A program made the translations under genes and the position numbers. Source: a virus (taxonomy: Duplodnaviria > Caudoviricetes). Taken from it: 44,325 nucleotides of DNA. Positions 1-11,637 of the stretch are shown here, piece after piece. The stretch is from the IMG/VR virus record IMGVR_UViG_3300012041_000031, positions 1-44,325 of that record; one strand, given 5' to 3'. Numbering within the stretch: position 1 is the stretch's first letter; every line of letters starts with the position of its first letter. The notes under the pieces are model-generated. The model saw only the letters and a program-made list of their open reading frames with translations. It made no database searches and was not told the DNA's origin.

Positions 1-55
1 CCAAACTATCGCGACGCCGAGTTATAAAAACTTAGGGTGAACACCCGCTTACCTG

Positions 56-484
56 ATGCGCCGAGGACCCAACAATAAGCCGGAGCGGCTGAAGATTGCC
101 GCAGGCACGGCTCGCCCTGATCGACCGCCGGCGCCGAGGGTGGAGCTACCTGTTTTGTCGGAACTGCCTCCTCCACCCGGCTGGCTTCGTAATGAGCACG
201 CTATCGAGGAGTGGCATAGGTTGGGGCCGGTTCTGGTGGCAAACAGACTACTGACTAGAGCCAGTCTATCAACGTTCGGTATGCTGTGCGCCCTACATGG
301 GAAGCTGGTTGAAGCGTGGATCGCAGACGTACTACCGAGTGGTCACACGCTGGCGCAGTATCGTTCGATGGTGAACGATTTCGGTATAACACCGGGTGCG
401 CAGAGTAAGGTGGGACCTTTTGGTAAAGAATCCGAAGACAGCAACCCGTTCGCGAAAAACGGCAAGCCTCAAATGGTCGCGTGA
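56..484 (+). CDS. terS: Terminase small subunit, P27 family
   Basis: N-terminus GPNNKPERLKIAAGT, PPPPGWL..A..EW.R, C-terminal FGITPGAQSKV...NPF; lies directly upstream of terL. Confidence 0.9.
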   Translation: MRRGPNNKPERLKIAAGTARPDRPPAPRVELPVLSELPPPPGWLRNEHAIEEWHRLGPVLVANRLLTRASLSTFGMLCALHGKLVEAWIADVLPSGHTLAQYRSMVNDFGITPGAQSKVGPFGKESEDSNPFAKNGKPQMVA

Positions 485-2165
485 CTACGTCGCTATCGCC
501 GACGAGTTTGCTCGGTGCGCAGCGGACGAGGAAAACCGTGCGAGGTTTGGAAAGTGGACGCGCCTAGCAGCGCGTCGCTATCTTTCTGATCGTGAGCGGG
601 CCGGACCAAAGGGTCCGTTTCTGTGGTCTGAGTGGCACGCCTCGGACCCCTGCGACTTCATCGAAAAGTTGCCGCACGTAGAAGGTAAGTGGGAAACGCC
701 TCAGATAGTTCTGCACGAGTCGGACGTTTTCTTCGTCTGCAACTTGTTCGGGTTTCGGCAGGTGAACGGCGCGCGTCGGTTCAGTACTGCGCTGAAAGCC
801 ATCGCTCGCAAGAACGCCAAGAGCACCATTGCAGCCGCCATCGGCCTGTACTGCGAAACGTGCGAGGGGGAGGAGGGGCCGCAGGTCATAACCGGAGCGA
901 CTACCGGGGATCAGGCGCGCATCGTTTTCAACATTGCCAAGCGGATGGTGGAAAAAACCTCCGCCTTGCGCGAGCACTTCATGCTCGAGGCTTTTGCCAA
1001 CTCGATTGTCAGTTCGTCGAATGGCGGAACGTTCAAGCCGATCAACGCGAAAGCCAGTACACAGGATGGGCTAAATCCCTCTACGGCCATCCTCGATGAA
1101 ATTCACGCCCACAAAGACCACGGCTTCCTGAACGTAATCCGTTCTGCTGCTGGTGCAAGGGCGAATCCGCTATTCCTGTTCTGCACGACGGAGGGATACG
1201 AGAGCCCCGGTCCGTGGGGTGAGCTGCGTCACTTCGCGAGGCAGGTGCTTGAAGGTGTAATTGAGGCAGACCACTTTCTGGTCGTGTACTATGCGGTAGA
1301 CGAGGAAGACAAGGAAGCTGGTATACCCGCCGACGATGACTTCGACGAATCGGCGTGGATCAAGGCGAACCCGTTGATGGACGTGAACCCGCACTTGCTG
1401 CGGGAGATTCGCAAAGAGGCGATCGAGGCAAAGCAGATGCCCGGTCGCCTCGCCGAGTTTAAGATCAAGCGGCTGAATCGTCCGGCGTCGGCGGCGGGTG
1501 CGTGGATCAACTTGGTCAAGTGGAAGGCGTGCGGTGGTCCTGTTGATCTAGAGTGGCTGCGCCCCCACTGGTGCTATGGGGGGCTTGACCTCGCTAGCAC
1601 CAGTGACTTGACAGTGTTTCGTCTGCTGTGGAAAGTTGATGGCACCTACTACACGCACGGTTGGAGGTTCGTCCCGCGAGCAGCGATAAGGATGCGCACC
1701 GAGCGAGGGCTGGTGCCGTATAAGAACTGGATAGACTCGGGAAAGTTGATCGAGGCCGGGGACGAGGTTACCGACTACGACGTGGTTGAAGAATACATCA
1801 TGCAGGCGAAGCGTACGTTTGCCCTAAAGATGGTCGGGTACGATCAGTGGAACGCTACGCAGCTTGTATCAAAACTCACGCGGGCAGAAGTCCCGATGCA
1901 GCAATTCATCCAGGGTCCGAAGAGCTACCATCCTGCAATGAAGGAATTGGAACGATCGTACACCAGCGGGAAGTTGCAACATGGGGCTGATCCGGTGCTC
2001 GCGTGGTGCGCGTCAAACATCATTGCTCGGACTGATGCGAATATGAACATGGCGCCTGACAAGAAACGGTCGCCGGACAAGATAGACGACATGAGCGCAC
2101 TGCTGATGGCGATGGGTCTTTGCGTGGGCGCTCCAGCGCCGGTGACTGTTGACGTATTTTTCTAA
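420..2165 (+). CDS. terL: Terminase large subunit (Terminase_1/HK97-like)
   Basis: Walker A IARKNAKST, Walker B ILDEIH, nuclease GLDLAS and DKIDDMSAL. Start is uncertain: TTG at 420 has AAGGTG upstream; the ORF is open from GTG 396. Confidence 0.95.
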   Translation: MVKNPKTATRSRKTASLKWSRDYVAIADEFARCAADEENRARFGKWTRLAARRYLSDRERAGPKGPFLWSEWHASDPCDFIEKLPHVEGKWETPQIVLHESDVFFVCNLFGFRQVNGARRFSTALKAIARKNAKSTIAAAIGLYCETCEGEEGPQVITGATTGDQARIVFNIAKRMVEKTSALREHFMLEAFANSIVSSSNGGTFKPINAKASTQDGLNPSTAILDEIHAHKDHGFLNVIRSAAGARANPLFLFCTTEGYESPGPWGELRHFARQVLEGVIEADHFLVVYYAVDEEDKEAGIPADDDFDESAWIKANPLMDVNPHLLREIRKEAIEAKQMPGRLAEFKIKRLNRPASAAGAWINLVKWKACGGPVDLEWLRPHWCYGGLDLASTSDLTVFRLLWKVDGTYYTHGWRFVPRAAIRMRTERGLVPYKNWIDSGKLIEAGDEVTDYDVVEEYIMQAKRTFALKMVGYDQWNATQLVSKLTRAEVPMQQFIQGPKSYHPAMKELERSYTSGKLQHGADPVLAWCASNIIARTDANMNMAPDKKRSPDKIDDMSALLMAMGLCVGAPAPVTVDVFF

Positions 2166-2180
2166 CGTTCGGGGCTGCCA

Positions 2181-4106
2181 ATGAACCGTGCCTATTCGCT
2201 GATAACAATCAAGTCGGTCGACGAAGAGCATCGAATCATCGAAGGCATCGCATCGACGCCGACGACGGATCGCATGGGCGACATCGTCGAGCCGAAGGGT
2301 GCGGTGTTCAAGGTTCCGCTGCCGCTGCTGTGGCAGCACAGGTCGGTAGAGCCGATCGGGCAGGTTGTCGCCGCGAAGGTGACGGACAAGGGGATCGAGA
2401 TCCGCGCTCGGATCGCGAAAGATCTTCTGCCGCGCATCGACGAGGCGTGGGCGTTGATAAAGTCGGGGCTTGTGCGCGGACTATCCATCGGGTTCAATCC
2501 GCTGGAGACGGCTGACATCGACGGTACGTGGGGCAAGCGCTTCCTCAAGTGGGAGTGGCTGGAACTCAGCGCCGTGACGGTTGCGGCGAACCAAGACGCA
2601 TCGATTCAAACGATCAAGTCGATCGACGCAAGGCAAAGGCGGGCCGCGCTAGGCCACGACGCTGGAACTTCGCGCGATGACTCCACCCCTTCCCGCGCTC
2701 GGGAGCAACGTCCGGAAGGGACGAGTACCATGAAAAGCCTCAACGAACTGCGGACCCGTCGCGACGAAGTCGCCGGCCGCATGAAGGAACTGTGGGAAGC
2801 CTGTGAGCGTGACCGTTCGAAGCTCGAAGCTGAGGAAGCCAAGGAGTTCGACTCGCTGAAAAAGGAACTCGGCGAGCTCGATGGTTCAATCGAGGACGAA
2901 GCCGCAGTCGAGCGCGCTGTCAAGGGTGCGGTCCCCGTCGTACCGAGCGCCATCACGAGCCAGCGGTCTGGTTCGAGTGCACGGCAGGGTCGGCAAGAAG
3001 ATCGGCCGAAGCTGGACCCGGCACAGAAGGGTGTTGCTTTTGCGCAGGTCGCGAAGGTGAAGTGGCTGGCGAAGAAGCACAACGTCGATCCTCGAAACAT
3101 CGCAGATCAGATGGGATCGCGGATCGATCCGCGAGTTGCGCCCTTCCTGAAGGCGGCGGTCGCCGGTGGTTCGGTGACTGGCTCGACGTGGGGCTCGCAG
3201 CTCGTCGGTGACGAGACGGGGGTCGTGGCGGACTTCTACGAGTTCTTGCGTCCGCAGACGATCCTCGGCAAGTTCGGCACGGGCGGTATCCCGAACATGA
3301 CTCGCGTGCCGTTCCGCGTTCCGTTGGCAGGTGTGACGGATGGCGGCGACGGTTACTGGGTCGGTGAGGGTGCGGCCAAGCCGCTGACGGCGTTCGCGTT
3401 CGCGCGCACGACGCTCGAACCGCTGAAGGTCGCTTCGCTGTGCGTGGTCACGAAGGAGTTGCTCGAAGACTCCTCGCCGGCTGCCGACGCGCTGTTGCGT
3501 GACTTGCTGGCGGGCGCCCTGCGCGAGCGTAAGGATCGCGACTTCATCGATCCGACAAACGCGGGCACGGCGAGCATCAAGCCTGCGTCGATCACGAATG
3601 CTGCAACGCCGATTGCCGCAAGCGGCACGGGCGATGCAGACGACGTGCGGACCGATGTACGCGCGGCCATGCAGGGGTTCATCGACGCGAACAACCCGCC
3701 GACGACGGGCGTGTGGATCATGTCTGCATCGACGGCGTTGGCGCTGTCGCTGATGCAGAACGCACTCGGTCAGTCGGAGTTCGCTGGGGTGTCGATGAAC
3801 GGCGGCATGTTCGCCGGTCTGCCGGTGATCACGTCGCAGTACGTGCCGGGCGGCACTGCCGGTTACTACGTCGTACTGGCGAATGCCGCGGACATCTACT
3901 ACGGAGACACCGGCGACATCACGGTCGACACTTCGGAGCACGCAACGATCGAGATGTCGGACAATCCCGACGGCGAAGTCGGAACCAACGTGGGCATGTT
4001 CCAGACGAACCGCGTCGCGTTCCGTGCTGAGCAGCGTCTCGATTGGGCGCTGCGGCGTGCGACTGCTGTGCAGGTCATCAGCGGCGCGAACTGGGGCGAA
4101 GCGTAA
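2181..4106 (+). CDS. HK97-type prohead protease fused in frame to major capsid protein; probable internal capsid start at ATG 2730
   Basis: Protease motifs DRMGDIV, LLWQH, GLSIGF, ELSAVTVAAN; coiled-coil delta domain; capsid motifs WVGEGAAKP and FQTNRVAFRAE; GGAAGG upstream of ATG 2730. Confidence 0.93.
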   Translation: MNRAYSLITIKSVDEEHRIIEGIASTPTTDRMGDIVEPKGAVFKVPLPLLWQHRSVEPIGQVVAAKVTDKGIEIRARIAKDLLPRIDEAWALIKSGLVRGLSIGFNPLETADIDGTWGKRFLKWEWLELSAVTVAANQDASIQTIKSIDARQRRAALGHDAGTSRDDSTPSRAREQRPEGTSTMKSLNELRTRRDEVAGRMKELWEACERDRSKLEAEEAKEFDSLKKELGELDGSIEDEAAVERAVKGAVPVVPSAITSQRSGSSARQGRQEDRPKLDPAQKGVAFAQVAKVKWLAKKHNVDPRNIADQMGSRIDPRVAPFLKAAVAGGSVTGSTWGSQLVGDETGVVADFYEFLRPQTILGKFGTGGIPNMTRVPFRVPLAGVTDGGDGYWVGEGAAKPLTAFAFARTTLEPLKVASLCVVTKELLEDSSPAADALLRDLLAGALRERKDRDFIDPTNAGTASIKPASITNAATPIAASGTGDADDVRTDVRAAMQGFIDANNPPTTGVWIMSASTALALSLMQNALGQSEFAGVSMNGGMFAGLPVITSQYVPGGTAGYYVVLANAADIYYGDTGDITVDTSEHATIEMSDNPDGEVGTNVGMFQTNRVAFRAEQRLDWALRRATAVQVISGANWGEA

Positions 4107-4141
4107 CCCTCTCCCTCCTGTCCAGGGTGGAGTGTGCTGTT

Positions 4142-4176
4142 CGCCGGGGCGGTCCAAAGCTGCTCCGGCGTTTTTT
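4142..4176 (+). terminator. Rho-independent terminator after the capsid gene
   Basis: 11-bp stem CGCCGGGGCGG/CTGCTCCGGCG (two G-U pairs) followed by TTTTTT. Confidence 0.8.
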
Positions 4177-4191
4177 CTGAAGGGACAATAC

Positions 4192-4518
4192 ATGCCGACC
4201 ATGGTAGCGAAGCAGGCGTTTCGCTTTCGTCCGTTGAAGCGCCGCATGGCGCAAGGCGAGACGTTCGAAGCAAAGGACCGCGACGCGCGGCTGCTGATAG
4301 CGGCACGTCTTGCCGAGTTCGCGAAGGTACAGCCCGCGAAGGAAGTGAAGTCACGGGGCCGTCCGCCGAAGGTTGAGAAAGTTGTCGAGCCGTTGTCTGC
4401 GACCGTCGCTACCGTTTTTGGCGATACGACACCGCCATCGCCGGTGTTGGCATCGACCACTACGGACGATGAACTGACGTCGCGCTTCTACAAACGGCGC
4501 GACCTGGAAGTAGAATGA
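4192..4518 (+). CDS. Small basic head-region protein (108 aa)
   Basis: GAAGGGA RBS before ATG 4192; GETFEA..RDARLL...A motif, RGRPPK, C-terminal YKRRDLEVE; ATGA overlap with portal. Confidence 0.75.
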   Translation: MPTMVAKQAFRFRPLKRRMAQGETFEAKDRDARLLIAARLAEFAKVQPAKEVKSRGRPPKVEKVVEPLSATVATVFGDTTPPSPVLASTTTDDELTSRFYKRRDLEVE

Positions 4519-5922
4519 AGCTGCTCGGCTTCAGTATTGAGCGCGCCAAGGAGCTGCGTCCGGTAGGACCGCGTCCGCCGAACTACGGCGTGAATGCGGA
4601 GTTCATAACGGGCGGCTGGCAGCACAACCTCGTGCCGCCGATGACGGACTCGGTGCTCGCGTTCTCCGCCGTCTACGCGTGCATTTCCTTGATCAGCAGT
4701 GACATCGCTAAGTTGCGGCTGAAGCTTTCGCGCCGACAGAGTAGTGGTGCGTGGGAAGAGGTTGAGAGTTCATCTCCGTATCTTTCGGTACTGCGCAAGC
4801 CGAACCACTTCGAAACGCGATCGCAGTTTGTGCGCAGTTGGATTGTTCAGAAGTTGATACACGGTAATTCGTACGCGTTGAAGCGCAGGCAGGATTTGCG
4901 CGGCATGGTGACAAGCCTATACATGCTGGACTCGACGACGACAACGCCGCTCGTCGCCGATAATGGAGATGTGTTTTACCGCATCGGCCGGGACAGGCTG
5001 GCTGCGGTGCGCGAGGATGACCGAATCGTTCCGGCGTCTGAAATAATTCATGACCGTATGCTTGCGTTCTGGCATCCGTTGATTGGCGTGTCCCCCATCT
5101 TTGCTTGTGGTTCATCGGCAGCGCAAGGCTCGGCAATTCAATCGAACGCAGAATCCTTTTTCGAGAATCGTTCGATGCCGTCTGGGCTGTTGATTTTCCC
5201 GCAGGCGATTAGTCAGGAACAGGCAGCGGCTATCAAGGCGAAGTTCGATACCGGCTACAGCGGATCGAACATGGGTAAGTTCGCTGTCGTTTCTGGCGAC
5301 GTGAAGTGGCAGCCGATGACTGTTACTGCTTCCGATGCGCAGTTGATTGAACAACTAAGTTGGACGGTGAGTGACGTTGCGCGGTGCTTCCACGTTCCGC
5401 CGTACAAGCTGGGTCTTCAGGCTAACGTGACGTTCTCTAACGCGAGCCAGCTCAACCAAGACTACTACTCGCAGTGTTTGCAAACACTGATCGAGGACTT
5501 TGAATCGCTCCTCGACGAGGGGCTTGAATTGGGTACGGATTTGCGCACAGAGTTCGACCTCGACGGACTATTGCGAATGGACCCTGGAACGCAAGCCGAT
5601 ATCGACCAGAAGGATCTTGGGTCCGGCGTGCTGGCGCCGAACGAGGCGCGAGTGCGACGCAATTTGGCACCGGTCAAGGGTGGCGAAGCGCCGTTCATGC
5701 AGCAGCAGATGTGGCAGATCGGGCAACTCGCGGAGCGTACACCGCCAACCGACGCTCCAGCCCCCGCTCCAACAGAACCGACCCCTGCGCCGCCCCCGGC
5801 AGAAGATGTGGACGAGGCGGAACGCGAGGAAGCGAAGCAGGCGTTGAAGCAGCTCGCGAATCAACAGCTTGCTGAAGACGAATCGCGTGCCCTGATTGAT
5901 CGCTTGAATAGGAGCGCCGCCG

Positions 5923-5930
<8 letters not shown>
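4515..5930 (+). CDS. Portal protein, HK97 family
   Basis: [56 protein letters not shown]...LAPV.GG. Confidence 0.95.
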
Positions 5931-7469
<1,539 letters not shown>

Positions 7470-7473
<4 letters not shown>

Positions 7474-7847
7474 ACTTCGTCAAGCTCATAACGCCGCGCG
7501 ACGGCGGCGTACTTCGTGATCCGGAGACTGGCGATACGTATCCCTTGGATGGCCGTGAGGTATCTGTAGCTGAGACGCGAGTTGCCGCTCTGCTCCGTGA
7601 AGGGTTCGCTATCTCTAAAGGACCGGACCTCCTTCTCGTTCCTGGGCCGCCCGGACCGCAAGGACCACAGGGTCCTCAAGGCGATACGGGGCCGCCCGGA
7701 CCGCGTGGTCCCGTTGGCCCATCCGGACGCGACGGTCGCGACGCTACTGGCGGCGGCAGCGTAGTTCCGGTGGGATGGAAGTTTGATATTCAGCGTAACG
7801 TTGATGGCTTTATGGCGAGCGTCATTGCCACTCCGATCGATCTGTAA
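7470..7847 (+). CDS. Short collagen-like protein with DUF2635-like N-terminus
   Basis: ATGA overlap at 7470; [15 protein letters not shown] motif; ~12 Pro-rich Gly-X-Y triplets; C-terminal [14 protein letters not shown]. Confidence 0.7.
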
Positions 7848-7865
7848 CCACTCCGAAGGAAGACC

Positions 7866-8540
7866 ATGTCCAAGGGCCGTACGTTCGCCAATGATTTTCT
7901 GAAGCTCATCTACAACGCCACAGCCATCGCGAACATCGCGGACAACGCTGCCGCGTCGCCCTTCACAAGTGTCCATTGGGCGCTTCACTCTGCGATCCCC
8001 GGCGAGACGGATACGCAGGACGCGAACGAGATTACCTATACGGGATACGGGCGCGTCGCGGTTGCGCGCTCGGGGGCTGGGCACACGGTCACTAACGATC
8101 AAGTCTCTCCCGCAGCAACGGTCACGTTCGGGCAGTGCACGGTCGGCAGCACGACGGCGTATTTCTTCTCGACCGGGCAGGTGATCAGTGGCGCGACCAA
8201 GCTGTTCCACAAGGGCGTCCTCGGTTCGCGTCTCGGTCCGTTCACGGCGAAGGCCGACGACAACATCACGATCCCCGGCCTGACCGGAGTCGCGGTCGAC
8301 GACCGCATCACCTTCTTCACCACGTCGGGCTCGTCTCTGCCGACCGGCATGACCGAGGGCACGGTCTATTGGGTTCTCACAGTTTCGACGGATGACATCA
8401 CGATTTCGACAACGCAAGGTGGTAGCGCGGTGAACCTCACGACTGCGGGCGACGGCATCGCATACCGCGTTACGCCGTTGGCGATTTCCCCCGGTGTCAC
8501 GCCACAGCTCACGACTAGCACCACGATTTACGAGGAGTAG
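7866..8540 (+). CDS. Virion fibre/appendage structural protein with an inserted small beta domain
   Basis: GAAGGA RBS; MSKG.TF.ND.LKLI.NATAIANIADNAA.SP...ALH...PGE...Q..NE..YTGY.RVAV.R is a recurrent phage family; Thr-rich. Confidence 0.75.
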   Translation: MSKGRTFANDFLKLIYNATAIANIADNAAASPFTSVHWALHSAIPGETDTQDANEITYTGYGRVAVARSGAGHTVTNDQVSPAATVTFGQCTVGSTTAYFFSTGQVISGATKLFHKGVLGSRLGPFTAKADDNITIPGLTGVAVDDRITFFTTSGSSLPTGMTEGTVYWVLTVSTDDITISTTQGGSAVNLTTAGDGIAYRVTPLAISPGVTPQLTTSTTIYEE

Positions 8541-8543
8541 GTC

Positions 8544-8672
8544 GTGGCTGATGACCCCTTCTACGACGACTTCCACCGCGAGCAATTCGACTGCGGTGGG
8601 ATCGTCGTGTGGGGAGTCGTGGGTTTGACCCTCGTGCTGTTCGCCGTTGAATTGTGGAGAAGGTTCGCATGA
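8544..8672 (+). CDS. 42-aa single-pass membrane peptide (missing from ORF track)
   Basis: GAGGAG RBS, GTG start, MADDPFYDDFHREQFDCGGIVVWGVVGLTLVLFAVELWRRFA; ATGA overlap with next gene. Confidence 0.65.
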   Translation: MADDPFYDDFHREQFDCGGIVVWGVVGLTLVLFAVELWRRFA

Positions 8673-11152
8673 GCACGAAAGCGAGCGTTATCGCAGCGAT
8701 CGAGGCGTCGCTGCGCGAGGCGCAAGGCTTACCGGGATGGCCCGCGCCGACCATTGATAACGCCAAGGTCACACCTGACGCGCTACCGCACGGCGGCGGT
8801 GTGGTGATGATTAGCGCCGACGTCACCAACGCCGAAACCATCACGCTAACGGATTTCACCGGAACCGAAATTGTTGTGTTGCCGGTGCAGCGTTCGATAG
8901 TCACTGACGTGCAATGGACGCTGGTCGCCTCGGGACCGGGCGGGTCGGTGAGTGCCGACCTCGCGGCGACCGTGGCCGATGCGCCGCCCGCGCCCAGCAT
9001 CAGCAACGCCACGATCACGCCGAACGTTCTGCCGTTCGGGGGCGGCACGGTAACGATCGACGCGCAGGTCGAGAACGCGACTGAGCTCAAACTCAACAAT
9101 GCTCCGGTCACGTTGCCGTATCAGGAGGTCGTCGAGTTCGACAAACGCTGGACGCTGCTAGCGGAAGGTCCGGGCGGCACTGCGAGTGTGGACTTTGAAG
9201 TTGATGTACAGGACGCGCCTGCGCCGACGCAGCCGGTCATCACGATCAAGCCGGTTGGCACGACGCAGGTCATCATCGCGCCGGGCTTCTACTCGGGCGA
9301 CCGTTACGACCGCTTCCAGATCCCGTACATTGTCGTCAATGCTGCGGGGCTTCTTGCCCGCATGACCGCATCGACGCGCAACATCAGCGCAGGCGGGACG
9401 CGCCCGCCTTGGGGGTTCGCCTTACCCCTCACACTCACCTTCGACGGCGTACCAGTCGCCACGACGACGACGGTGGCGACGGCGAATACGGTAGTCTTCG
9501 ACGTGCCGGTCACGGGGAGGCGCGGCTGGTATCGCACGTCGATTACCGGGGCGCCCGCAAGCTGGTCCGTGTACGATTATGCGGCATTCTTCGACGATGG
9601 CAGCGGCGCCGTGCCGACAGAGATGCCGGTCGTCATTGGCTCCTACGGTCTGGTGCATCCGTACAAGGGATCGAGCAGCGAGAACCCGACGCCGATCCAC
9701 GTAAGCGCGATGGTGCCGTCCAAGTTCGAAGCGGTGACGCAGCCGATCAGTCTGCGTGAGTGCCCATCGTTCAGCACCGATCCGCGTCGCGATCAACTGG
9801 CGCAGGTTCAACTCGCCATCTGTCGGCAGGACGACAAGTATCGCGCGGTGCTTGAGCAGGGGCGCATCCTCAACACCTGCAATCAGCAGGACTACTTCTA
9901 TTCGGACATGTCCGAGATCCGCCCGCGCTTCCAGATGCTCGACGGGGCGCGAGGGCTCGGCACGGTGATCTGCCCGACGCATTTTGAAGTCGGCACCGCA
10001 ACACCGCCGGGCATGGGCTTCGTCGGCAATGTCTACTTCTGCGAGCCGCAGCGGTTCGGTAAGATCAAGCAAGACGGCACGGTCATCACGCTCGCGGGCT
10101 ATCGGCACAAGAAGCCGACGACGCACTGGGACGACACGGTGCAGAACGTCGATCTCATCGGCGACTGGTCACAGATCCCCGCCGGGCGTCCGCGCTACTT
10201 CCGCAAGCTCTGGGGGCTGGCGTGGAATTCGTTCACGTTCCGCACCGACGAGAGTGCGCCGCCGAATCCGGCTGAAATGGGCCTGAAGCCGCACCTGACC
10301 GGCGTCGAAGCGTTCCTCAGCGATTCGCTAAATGACCGCATCATCAAGCTGAAGTTCGACAAGGACTCGCACCTTGTACCTGCGATCGTGACCGAGTTCT
10401 TCCTCGGGAAAGAAACGTGGGACGTTGTCGAACTCGGCTTCGAATCGCTGCACCTTGCGATCTCCGTGCGGCAGGAGAATCGCGTTGTCGTGGTCGATAT
10501 GAACGGCGCGGTCGTCTCGCAGTTCAACACACCGAACCCGGAGGGGCTGTACTACCTGCCCTCTTCGACGACACGGTTCGACGGTTGGCTCTACTACGGC
10601 AGCCGCACGACGAAGGCGATCCGCAAGCGGCACATGACGACGGGCGAGGATCTGCTCGCGGCGGACCTGACGCGCGCCATCGACGACAACGCGCGCTTCG
10701 TCAAGTTTGCGGTGAGCGACGGTACGTTCGGCCCGCGCGGCATGATCGCGGTCGCGACTTGGTCGAACAATCGCTACGGCTATCCGGCGCTCTACAGGCC
10801 GAACGGGACCGAGATCGACGGCTGGTTGTGGGCGGGTACTGCGCGTCCCGGTCGGCAGTGGGTCGGGGCGGGCGATCCTGCGCCGGGCTATCCGGCGTCG
10901 GTGGGCATCGGCTTCGGGCGTCTTGTGTACGGCACCGCACAGGAGGGCGCGATCCAGATCAGCAAGGCGCTGCCGACCGACACGCCCATGAGCGCCATGT
11001 ACTTCCAAGGACAGCGTGAGTGGTACGACCGAGGCTTGCAGTTGACGCATGGGCACAGGGGCTTCGGTCTGCACGGCTGCCCGCAGGCGTGGGGCATCAG
11101 CAATCCGATCGATGCCTTCCTTGAAGGCAACGGACACGTGAGGGCGGCCTGA
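8669..11152 (+). CDS. Large virion-surface protein: two Ig-like repeats plus probable beta-propeller
   Basis: Duplicated PAP.I.NA..TP..LP.GGG.V.I.A.V.NA...WTL.A.GPGG..S; later blade-like strands (LSDSLNDRII, VRQENRVVVVD, NPEGL). Confidence 0.65.
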   Translation: MSTKASVIAAIEASLREAQGLPGWPAPTIDNAKVTPDALPHGGGVVMISADVTNAETITLTDFTGTEIVVLPVQRSIVTDVQWTLVASGPGGSVSADLAATVADAPPAPSISNATITPNVLPFGGGTVTIDAQVENATELKLNNAPVTLPYQEVVEFDKRWTLLAEGPGGTASVDFEVDVQDAPAPTQPVITIKPVGTTQVIIAPGFYSGDRYDRFQIPYIVVNAAGLLARMTASTRNISAGGTRPPWGFALPLTLTFDGVPVATTTTVATANTVVFDVPVTGRRGWYRTSITGAPASWSVYDYAAFFDDGSGAVPTEMPVVIGSYGLVHPYKGSSSENPTPIHVSAMVPSKFEAVTQPISLRECPSFSTDPRRDQLAQVQLAICRQDDKYRAVLEQGRILNTCNQQDYFYSDMSEIRPRFQMLDGARGLGTVICPTHFEVGTATPPGMGFVGNVYFCEPQRFGKIKQDGTVITLAGYRHKKPTTHWDDTVQNVDLIGDWSQIPAGRPRYFRKLWGLAWNSFTFRTDESAPPNPAEMGLKPHLTGVEAFLSDSLNDRIIKLKFDKDSHLVPAIVTEFFLGKETWDVVELGFESLHLAISVRQENRVVVVDMNGAVVSQFNTPNPEGLYYLPSSTTRFDGWLYYGSRTTKAIRKRHMTTGEDLLAADLTRAIDDNARFVKFAVSDGTFGPRGMIAVATWSNNRYGYPALYRPNGTEIDGWLWAGTARPGRQWVGAGDPAPGYPASVGIGFGRLVYGTAQEGAIQISKALPTDTPMSAMYFQGQREWYDRGLQLTHGHRGFGLHGCPQAWGISNPIDAFLEGNGHVRAA

Positions 11153-11637
11153 TGGCACTGACGCCGGAGCAGCAGGTCACCCTGAAGGCCGACATCAACG
11201 CCAACCCGGAACTCGCGGCGCAGCCGATGACGAGCGCGGGGGCGCTGTATATCATCGACTACTACAACGTCTCGGCGTCCCCGGCATTCACGGCGTGGAA
11301 GACGAATGTGGGCGTGAGCCAGATCGGCGACAAGTTCAACGGCGCAGAACTCGCCGGGCTCACGACCGGCAATCAGACACGGTTGCAGGTCATTGCGCTG
11401 TACTCGCCCGGCGGTGTCAACCCGTCGCTGCCCGATCGTCGCGCATTCTTCGACGATATCTTCAGCGGCGCGGGCGGTGCGGTCACGCGCGCCAATCTGC
11501 TCGCGCTGTGGAAGCGCACGACGACGCGGGCGGAGAAACTGTTTTCAACGGGCACTGGCAGTGACGCAGTGCCCGCGACGTTGACCTTCGAAGGGCTGCT
11601 GACGACCGGCGAAGTACAGCAGGCGCGGGAGTCATAA
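11152..11637 (+). CDS. Conserved phage structural protein (MALTPEQ..TLKADI family)
   Basis: Stop/start overlap on both sides; phage-like codon usage. Confidence 0.7.
   Translation: MALTPEQQVTLKADINANPELAAQPMTSAGALYIIDYYNVSASPAFTAWKTNVGVSQIGDKFNGAELAGLTTGNQTRLQVIALYSPGGVNPSLPDRRAFFDDIFSGAGGAVTRANLLALWKRTTTRAEKLFSTGTGSDAVPATLTFEGLLTTGEVQQARES

Noticed and set aside
1-55. cos site or late promoter upstream of terS (TTATAAAAA, GGGTG-AA-CACCC)
   Set aside because: The position is plausible but too little flanking sequence is available to support a call
3883-4191. Upstream extension of ORF 3883..4518; similar over-long starts at 13265, 34293, 35901, 36257, 37734, 38260, 38871
   Set aside because: They overlap established genes or the terminator; downstream ATGs have an RBS or stop-start coupling
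2886-4460. Long antisense ORFs (also 7338..8585, 12384..13505, 15943..16905, 27880..28911, 33392..34420)
   Set aside because: They are shadows of high-GC + strand genes, with Arg/Ala-rich translations, no motifs and no RBS
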